The notes under the pieces: model-generated | Database searches by the model: none | What the model was told of the DNA's origin: nothing | Seen by the model: the letters and a program-made list of their open reading frames with translations, nothing else | Translations under genes and position numbers: made by a program | NCBI GenBank assembly: GCA_028534125.1 | Contig: CM052818.1 | Location: forward strand, 22,756,001 to 22,820,000 | Length of the DNA stretch: 64,000 nt | DNA from: Lama glama | Taxonomy: Eukaryota | Direction of reading: 5' to 3' | In this document: piece by piece, positions 51,561-60,829 of the stretch | Layout: the number at the start of each line of letters is the position of its first letter | Position numbering within the stretch: the stretch's first letter is position 1

Positions 51561-52149
51561 ATATTTTTATCCTTTACTATCTCCTAACCTATCAAATATG
51601 CTATACTTTTGCATGGCCTACATTTGTTTCCATTTTGGCTTCTAATTTCTTTATATACTTTGCTACCCATTCTCTCATTTGTTTTCTATCTACATTTTAA
51701 AGCTGCTTAAATGGGCTTTGTCTGGACTCATGTTCATGGGTTATTGCTAGATTCTTTAATCAAATCTACTGTTTCAAGTCTTCTTCCTAAAGTAAGGGGA
51801 TTGCCATTTTCTCAAATAAAACTGTAACATTTGCCTTGAGTTTGTAAGCTTGTAAAAATTAGAATTTCTAAAAACCTTTGTTGGGGAAGGAGAGAGGGAG
51901 TCATCTGGACACCCAGAGAGCTGGATTGAGTTGGGACCCTAAACCAGAGAAACCTTTAGTTTCATGAAGCTATGTCCATTTTCTGTGCTTGATAAAAAGC
52001 CTGGATTCAAAGAAAGGGGAGCAATATTTATGGTGCTTTTAATAATTTATCTTTGCTGCTGCCACCCTGAAACACAAGCATGGCCAAAAATCCCTCTTCC
52101 TTCAGTTAGCAAACACAGACTGAGCTTTTACAGAAAGAGCTTTTAAAAT

Positions 52150-52176
52150 ACACACACACACACACACACACACACA
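52150..52176. repeat. (CA)n microsatellite
   Basis: Directly visible. Confidence 0.95.
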
Positions 52177-53150
52177 AATGAAAATGTAAAAGTGTAGATT
52201 TTTTACAAACAGCATAGAAATTAACAGAGCACAATTTTCTCGACCTAACATAACCATGATTTGCCCAATTGTCATTATTGCAGACCTGGAATTCTTTAAG
52301 CTCTCACTTCTGCTTCTCAACCTGAGTGGAGGAAGGGGGCCAGCACTGCTGGGTCTGATGGGAGTCTGAGGCCCCTCCAGGGCCTTCCTGGGCATGAGTC
52401 CCCATTTGCCCCTGGGATGCCTGGCTGTCCTGGTACTTCCCTGGTGCTCTCAGCTTCTCCTAATTCCCAGCTCACTGTCTCTAGCAGTTACCATCTGGGC
52501 TTCAACTCAGCTGGGCCTAATTTTCCAAATGTCCCTCCTGGTAGCCCTCTTTCTCTGCCCTAGAAGTTCTACCCATTTCTCTGTGCTACATGGCTATCCA
52601 AAGAATACTTCTGAAGTTCCTGATAAGCCTGGTCATACTCGTCTATGGAGCTGAGTCTCTTGCCAGCTTTACGAGTAGTGTCACCACTGGCCAGGCGGCC
52701 TGTGGAGGCCACTGCCTTCCAAACTTGGAGTCTATCCCTTTTCCAGAGTGCTATCACAGCTCTTTCCTTCTCATGCCTCCTAGTGGCCCTCTCAGGAAGG
52801 TTCTTTTTTTTTTTTTTTTCCAGCCTCTGAGATGCCCAGTTCTAATGATATTTGTAAAACCATGAAGATTGACCTGTTCAAGCTCAATGACTACAAAAAT
52901 CTTTTATCAAATTCTGAATAGGGACCAGATATTTCAAGTAGTTCTCACTCTACCCCTTACAATCCCTCCAATCCCCAGCTGGTTTTTGCAAAATAAGTCA
53001 CTGTGGTTTAACATCCAAAAAATACCTTAAACATCTAACAGAGTGTTTGCTAAGGCAGAAATGAAGTAGGGTGCTCAGTGAAGGGGTAACTGGAAACGCT
53101 AACCTCTCCTATGTGCTTAGTTAATAATATAGCAGGTATAAGTGAAGGCA

Positions 53151-53340
53151 AGCAACAAGGTCCTACTGTATAGCATAGGGAACTATATTAGATGCCTTGC
53201 AAATAGCCTCTAATGAAAAAGAATATGAAAAGGAATATATATATGTATTCCTGAATCAGTATAACTGAATCACCATGGTGTACACCAGAAATTAACACAA
53301 CATTGTAAACCGACTATACTTCAATTAAAAAAAAGAAAAG
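53151..53340 (+). mobile_element. 5'-truncated L1 3'UTR (cetartiodactyl type)
   Basis: caacaaggtcctactgtatagca...gactatacttcaattaaaaaaa. TSD aagtga(a/g)ggca at 53140-53150 and 53341-53351. Confidence 0.85.
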
Positions 53341-55519
53341 AAGTGAGGGCAGAATGAACATTCTTCTAGAATCCCATGGTGACTGAATCAAATGAAGTGG
53401 CAAAATCACTTGTAGACCTCACATTTTCACAGTCTGGGAGAATTGACTGTGTAGCACCATTAAAACTGGACTTTTATTAAGGGTCCTATAAGTAAGGGGA
53501 TGTCTCAGTAATGTTTAATCTATATAGAATACAAATATCACTCTTGAGTTGGTTACCTGGATGAAAACACAATGAGCTATAAATTGAAAGTCTTGACTAA
53601 TGTTGATTCAGTGGAAGCTATATTCACAATTTCTCCCTTTCCATAAGTACCTGTCTACTGAGATAGACCACTGGTACATTCAGTGCTTGCTAATCTCTTG
53701 ACATCATCTAAGTTAAAGACCCACTGTACCTAGAGAAGAGAATGCCTTGTCATCATCAAAGGAAACCTGGTAAACTTATTTTCTTCTTTCTTTGTAGATT
53801 TACACAGACATTTGCTCTAGTGCCATTGTTCTTGAAGTTTCATCCATCACAATAGAAGCCAGTGAAAGGGTATAAAAAGCTTTTCAGTGTCTTTTGTTAC
53901 AAAGATTTTTATTTGTGATTGCTTTCCTCTGAAAAGGAAAAACCCTGCGTGGAAGACCTAAGGTACTAGCAAATATTAAGCAGAGGGCAAAGTTCCTTGC
54001 AGGCAGAGGAAGGTCCCACAGGGACAGGATCTGAAGTTGCACGTCCACACGGGCACATGGAGTTAAAGCTGACACTTATTTCAGCATTTTCTGCTGAGCC
54101 ATGGGCTCTGTTCTCTGACCTAGGCCTGAAACAGGCTTATTCGGACGTAATTGCATCGGCTCCAAACCTCCTTTTAAAACTGCAAATCTTCCAGATTGCT
54201 GTATCTCTGAGCTTTCCACTAAGAAGAGCACTTTTTTTTTTTTTTTTTTTTTGCTAACATGCAAGACCATGTATCTCAGGGAAAACTGAGGCAAATGCCT
54301 GGGGTTTTTGCCATAGAAGGGGAATGGGATCACATACAACGGAATTGGATTATTTTATCTCCAGTTAAGAATTGGAGAAAAATAGCCTGTATTTTAAATC
54401 CTGTACCTTGGAGAAAAATTCAATTGCTGTTGAAGAGTATATCAATTATTAAGTGTGGAGCCAATGCTATTTTGGTTGCATCTACAATGAGAAGATCATT
54501 TCCAGGAATATCATACGCTTCGCTTCAGTCCACCCCAGCCCCAGTCTTTCCTCTGAGGCAGAAATAATAGCGCCGGGTAAGGTGGGGAGGAGGGCCAGGA
54601 TTGTGGGGCAGAGAAATAGATTGTCACAGGGACAGAAGGATACGAACAGCAGGTGTTTTTGAAAGCTGACTCCTAAACTAGTTAATTTTGGTTCATTAAT
54701 GTTGATTAAGGCAGCTCTCCTCTTTGCAGAATGGGTGGAGCACAGCAGGGAACTTTCCATTCATTTTGAAAATGGCTTTGATTTTTCTTGTGAGTAGAAT
54801 CCTCTCTCAGGCTGTGGGAATATGCCCTGTGATGTGACGAGGGTTAGAGTCAGGGAATCCCTCTCTCTCTGCTCGGCTCTCCTGTCTCCTTCCCATCTGG
54901 GCTCAAGACCTGCTTTGCTGGGAAGCTTCACCTTACAATCTTGAGCACCCAATCAGGCCGTTGGGTCTCTGAGATGTCCATCTACCACTAATGCAATAGC
55001 CTTTTAAGTTTCTTTCCCTATTTCCTATAGTTTGTGAGCCAAGACACACAGAACCACCTGGATCCACATCCAACCCTTTCTGGACACGTTTATTTATTTA
55101 TTTTTTGGTAACAATTTTATGGAGAGAGAATGCACAATTAATCCATTTGAAGTGTTCAATTTAGTGGCAGACAGTACTTTCCTTGGACCCCCTGCTCTGC
55201 TTTCACACCATCTCCTTCCTCCAGGAACAGGTATGGGCAGATGGTGGGACCCAGACTTGACTGGAGCTGACTCTAAGAACTTTCCTAACTAAAGCATCTG
55301 CTGGGTAAGAAATATAGGGACATCCACTAACCCACGGTGGGGCCTGCTAACTGAGTAGGGCTTCTGCAGGAAGCTGGCATACTCTGTCATACAGGGGGAA
55401 AGTGGCTTTTCAGAAAGAGCCTGGATTTCTTAAGTTGGTAGATTCCAGCCTCACTAGATGCACACACTGATACTGCCAGTTCAGCACTCAGAGGACATTA
55501 TTTTAATCAACAGTAATGA

Positions 55520-55900
55520 TCATTCATTCCTTCACTCAACAAATATTTATTGAGCTTCAACAAGGAGCCTGACACTGTTCTAGGATTTGAGGACACTGCT
55601 GTGAACTAGATCTAGGGTCCCTGCTCTCAAAAGGAATGAGCAGAAAGTCTGGTAGGGAGATAGATGATAACTAAGAAACAGGTGGGTGAGCAAGATGATT
55701 TTTTCTTTTAAACACTGATAAAGGAGTCAAAAAATACGTTGATATGCTAGAATGGTGGTCAGAGAAGGCTTCTCTGAGGAAGTGACTTTGAACTGAGACT
55801 TGATTGGCAAGAAGGCATAAACCACGTCATGCTCTGGAGCAGAACGTCCCAGGCTGAGGGAGTAGCAGGTGCATGGCCCCAGATGTAACTGAGCAGAAAG
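55520..55900 (-). mobile_element. L2 LINE 3' fragment
   Basis: cattcattccttcactcaacaaatatttattgag start and gtcagagaaggcttctctgaggaagtgac motif. Confidence 0.7.
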
Positions 55901-57082
55901 AGAAGGCAGGACACAGCAAGGATGGGCCAAAGGAAAAAGAGAGAATTTGGTTAAGAAGATATGTGCTGAGGTTTTTCTTTTTCTTTTTTTTTTTTTAACT
56001 GAAAACATAATCCTTGCACTGGTTTAAAAATAAATAAATAAATAAAGACAAAGGGTTTACAGTAACCAGTAACAAACAGGCCTCATTTCTACCCTAACCT
56101 TCCCAGTCCCTCATCCAAAAAACAACCACCATAACTGTAATTTATGTATTCTTTCAGAAATCTTATCCTATATCTATGCTACATCCATATCTAGATATCT
56201 TTAAAATAAAGGGGGAATAATTTAGTCCACAGCTCAGGAGGGAGGCCTTTTTTGTTTAGCAATTTGGCTTAGAATTGGTGGTACAAGAGTCTGCATGAAC
56301 AACAGCATTAAGTTCAGACAGGCCATTATTAAAATAACGAGTCCCCTAATTATGGCCATTGAGGTTACTTCTAGACTTTTGCTGTTGAAAACAATGCAAT
56401 GATCCTTAAATGCACATCTCTGTGTAATAGGTGACTACCTCCATAAGATAAACCCCTGGTGTTAAAATTGCTGGATCACTAGGTGTGTGCATTTAAAATG
56501 TTGACAGATGTGGTCAAATGTGTGCTGAGCTTTTTTACACTCTGGAGGATTGAAGGGACTCTTTATGATAGATATTATGAAAGAGTGCATTCAGGTCCAA
56601 TCTGAAGGAATAACTGTTAACATTCAAAAATGAGCTTAAATGAAGCTCAAGTTTAAAAAGAATTTAATTTTTTTATTCTGGACAATTTCAAATAAATACA
56701 AGAGGGAAGAGGTCAATATAAAGAACCCTATCACTCAGCTTCAACAGTTATCAACTCATGGCCAGTCTTGTTTCATCTAGATCCTCAATCCACTTGCCCC
56801 TGTCTTTGATTATTTCGAAGCAAATATCAGACATTATATCATCCCTTCATTAAATATTTCAGGATATGAAAGTGACTTACTGAGGATTAGTTTTCTTGTA
56901 GAATGACCCACATTCAAGATTTGTCAGAGCATTTCCTCTGGTATCGCCTAATATGTTCCTCCCTTCCCGGGGGTGTTTGATGCTGGGTAGAGGGGAGAGT
57001 TGGGGGTGAGCCACCATGGGAGGCAAGAGAGCCTGCAAAGACTCTGGGCTTCAGTACTGGGTCTGATATTTACTAGGAGCTG

Positions 57083-57176
57083 TGGGTCCTTGAGCAAGTC
57101 TAACCTTCTGAAGCCTTATTTCCTCATTCGGAAAATGAGGGTAATAGTTGAATGTTTTCGTGTAAAGCTGAGCTTG
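57083..57176 (+). mobile_element. MIR core (left arm of the inverted pair)
   Basis: ccttgagcaagt..aacc..ctga.gcct..tttcctcat..g.aaaatg MIR core. Confidence 0.7.
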
Positions 57177-57348
57177 TATTGACATGTGGAAAGGGCTCTA
57201 GGTCACTGTAAGAACAAGGGACCCGGAGTGGTGGTGGGAAGGGCCATCACATCATAAGGCAACATAGTAGCAGGATGGGAGTGAGGGCTGGGCCGAGATA
57301 AAGAAGGGGGGGTCATTCTGTAATGGCATCAAGAGTGTTGCTGCTAAT

Positions 57349-57983
57349 GATGAAGGGTAGGAGAAGATGCCACCCGCATATACGGCACTTTGGTATAAAG
57401 ATTATTTTGAGCTAAAAGCACTTACCAAAACATCAGGTACAAGAAATGTGCTCTGACTCTTTCCCTTTTCTTTTAAGAGCAGGAGATAAAATCCCCATAT
57501 GCAAGATAGATGGGTAGATATATAAGGGTATACTCCTCTATATGGGGAGGAAAGTACCTTTTTTTTTTTTTCAATGGAGGTACTAGGGATTAAACCCAGG
57601 ACCTCATGTATACTAAACATGTGCTCCACCACTGAGTTATACCCATCCCCAGCAAAGTACCAATCTTATCATCAAGGACAGAAGTTGAAGCTGAGAGAAT
57701 TCTGGACAAACAGACCTTGTTAAAATAATTCTTAACTGCCTTTAGCCTCCCCTTACATCTTAGTTACTTTTCTACAGTTGCTTCTCTTTGTTCAACCTCG
57801 TATAGAAGCATTTAGGTTCTGCCACTTCCTAGGGTCTTCATTTTCTTCTGAGGGCTCCAGTATCATATACAATTTGTATTAAATAAATTTTGATGCTTTT
57901 CTCCGGTTATTCTTATGTCAATCTAATTCTCAATTTCGGTCAAAAACCCTAAAAGGGTAGAGAGAAAATTTTGCTTCCCCTGT
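57349..57983 (+). mobile_element. MER34-like ERV1 LTR (contains a SINE)
   Basis: tgaaggg start, gattattttgagctaaaagcactt motif, AATAAA near 57882 and an aattttgcttcccctgta end. Confidence 0.65.
57559..57650 (-). mobile_element. tRNA-Ala-derived SINE, short form, inserted in an LTR
   Basis: Head plus poly(A). TSD aaagtacc on both sides. Confidence 0.82.
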
Positions 57984-58509
57984 AATAATTTCACAGTGAC
58001 CTTCTCAAGGCTGGAAATTTAAAGAAGATAGTGTTTCTTTTGCTTGCATGACAGCATAAAGTGTCATGGAGCAGAGAAACAGGCAAGGGCTTTGGTGTGG
58101 GATGTGACATGTCCCACTGGTGGTTTCTCACCTTTAAGAGTGGGGGCCGTGTGCTGGGGTGGTTCTGAGGGCAGTTTATTGGAAGTTACATCCTTCCTTT
58201 CTACAGAGGTATTTGTGCATAGTGGGTGAAGTCATTAGAGTCTTTCATTTATATAAAATTAGAGACTTTGGAAGGTTATCATTTCCATTCAAAAAGCTGA
58301 CTGTTTAAAGCATCCACTGATTCTGCAGATGTTGAGAAATAAACTGGTATAAACACAAACATCTGGAAATATGAAATTAACAGTAGAACAAGGGCTTTTT
58401 AAGGCCCAGTCGATAAGTAAGCTGCAGGGACTGGCCACAGGGCATTTCAATTTACAAAGCTTTGGGGCAGGGTGATGGGAGACTTTTCTATGTTCTATCT
58501 TTTCTTCAG

Positions 58510-58670
58510 CAAGCTCAGCTTCCCACAAAAGCCCTCTTACTATTACCCTTATTTTCCAGATGAGGAAATGGGGCTTCAAGAGGTTAGACTTGCTCAAGGA
58601 CCCAGAACACATCCGGTTACGCAGTGCAAAGTGATGGAGGAATCCATTTTCAACCCAGGCTCAGCAGCAT
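58510..58670 (-). mobile_element. MIR (right arm of the inverted pair)
   Basis: attttccagatgaggaaatggggcttcaagaggttagacttgctcaagg is an antisense MIR core. Confidence 0.7.
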
Positions 58671-58849
58671 ATGGGTTACAACTTCTCACTGAATTTTTGA
58701 TATTTTGGATTAATTATTTGTGATTGGTCACATTTTTAGATGAATCAACTCACTTGTCCAATTTGTATTTATTTACAATCCAGGAATGAGAATGAGCATG
58801 GCCTGCCTGGGCTAATAGAGGCATACATGAAGTGAGATTTTTTCCAGTG

Positions 58850-59030
58850 TCATGTCCTGAGCGATATACCACCCCTACATCATCTCATTTAATCCCCATT
58901 TCACCCCTTTGATGGAGCTATGTTTACCTCCATTCTAGGGATGAGAAAACTGAGGCTCTAAGAGGTTAAGAAACTTGTTCCAATTCACTTAGCAAATCAG
59001 TTGTGCAGACAGGATTTGAAACTAGAGAGG
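58850..59030 (-). mobile_element. MIR
   Basis: tctcatttaatcc...gatgagaaaactgaggctctaagaggttaagaaacttg...caggatttgaaac. Confidence 0.7.
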
Positions 59031-60648
59031 GCCCTAAGAACCAGTGTGGGTTTCACTGTAGACCTTTTAGGTCTTTAGACCTTTTAGGTTCTAGAACTGG
59101 GGAATGACTTGATGAAAAAGAAGAGAAGAGCTGTCGAGTGGCATAGTACAGGATTCACAGAGGAAGGAAAGACGTGGAGTGCAGAGATCATATAGGACAT
59201 TATGGCAGCAATGCAGGCCCTGGAGATGGAGTCACTAGAGTCTGGAACTAGAAAACCTGGTTCCAGTCATGTCTTCACCATGATGCTACTGGCTGGGGAA
59301 CCTTGGGCAGGTTACAGCCACATCTCTGAAGCCTTGTTACTCCTCCCTAAATAATGGGCTTATAAACTGAGACTAGAAAATCTCTTTCAAATTCTAAAAT
59401 TCTGCCTGATGCCTTTAAATTTTAATGCAGCCTAAAGATTTATATACGAAGAATTTAAACATCATCTAGAATCCAGAAAAAATTTAGGTGTAATAATGCT
59501 CATCATAATCTTCTTTTCAAAGTACAAAGGAGTAGAATTGTCTTTAAGAATGCTTTCTAAACCAGATTATATTGAGACAAGTCAATCATTTCTGCATCTT
59601 ATTGTTTTCTTTGTTTAAGAAAATGATTTGGGGATAGTTGCTGTAGTGGTGGTTGATGATATTAAAATCAAGTAAGAATATTACCCTTGAAACAAATGAA
59701 ATGATTTAAACCTATCTCTCTAAGATACTTTATGAAAATATACCTAGGAGACACAAATTATACTGTCATCAAATTAATTTGTTTTCTAAGCTCAAATTTA
59801 ATTTAAAATATGATAGCTCTTCAACTGGTTCAATCAACAAACTTTAAAGAGATTTTTAGATAGAGAAACAGGAAATATAGTAATGTTGAAGCAAATAATC
59901 AACAAAATAGTTGTTCTGTTGCTTGTGATGCTTCTAGAAAGTATTTTTAACAACTCCCTGAGGAATTGGCTCTCGCTGGTGTGAAGCCAGGCTTTTCTTT
60001 CCGTTAGCAGCTGCAAACTTTTCTCCATCCTTATATCCTATAACAAATCCATTTCCAAGCCCTGCTGAGTCTTGTCTCAGTGTTTCTCAAAACTGACACT
60101 TCCTCATCTACAAAGATTTGGGGGGTGGTTTGCAGAAGTGGCCTCCTTAGAACAACCCATGAGGGCAAATGGATCTTCCTGAAATAAAGTCAATTCTATT
60201 ATTAAAACCTTCAGGGGTCCCACTGCTTATAGGATAAAATCTAAATTCTGCAGTGGAGATCCCTATCCTTTCAGCCAAGCAAATGCATTAGCTTTCTTTA
60301 CAGACTTTAATCTTCCACGCCTGAGATTTTGTTACTTGGAATGCTCTGCTCTTTCCGCCAGTTTATGGCCATCACCTTCTTCGATTCTGTCTTGAATCTC
60401 ATTTCTTTCAGGGTGTTCTGGTTTAGTAGCTATTAAGCAAAAAACTCCTGTTTTTGAGTTTTTCATCACATTAAGTACTTTTAAAATAAATTATTCAAGT
60501 CTAGGGATAAACAACTTACAGTGATTTTCATTCTTTAAGAAATCATCCAGAATGATTTTACTTTCTGAGAGAGACCATTCCAAATTTTAGGTGTATGATT
60601 TTTTCGCTAGGAATCCACAGTAGAATCAGAGCGAAACGACTCTTTATG

Positions 60649-60663
60649 GTGACCTCTAGTGGG
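60649..60663 (-). promoter_or_regulatory. Candidate CTCF site upstream of the KCNG3 CpG island
   Basis: Reverse strand CCCACTAGAGGTCAC is close to the CTCF core CCACYAGRGGGC. Confidence 0.5.
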
Positions 60664-60829
60664 CAAGGGACAATCCTACAAAATTATGAAAAGTGAAGGG
60701 CGAAATAAAACCCTTCCCAGTAAACAGCTGGGTTACCCTGAGGTCAGATGACCGCATCCCACCCTACCTCACTCTTATTTTTTCTTCCAGGATTTGTTTT
60801 GCATTTAACACAGTTTGCCTTATAACTCA

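Noticed and set aside
52620..52660. SSIDEYDQAYQEL as a Gypsy/retroviral Gag major-homology-region motif
   Set aside because: The resemblance is only partial (no QG, no flanking capsid motifs), too weak to assign.
54480..54585. Plus-strand exon-like stretch ending in GG|GTAAGG
   Set aside because: Only a donor-like motif, with no clear acceptor or recognisable peptide.
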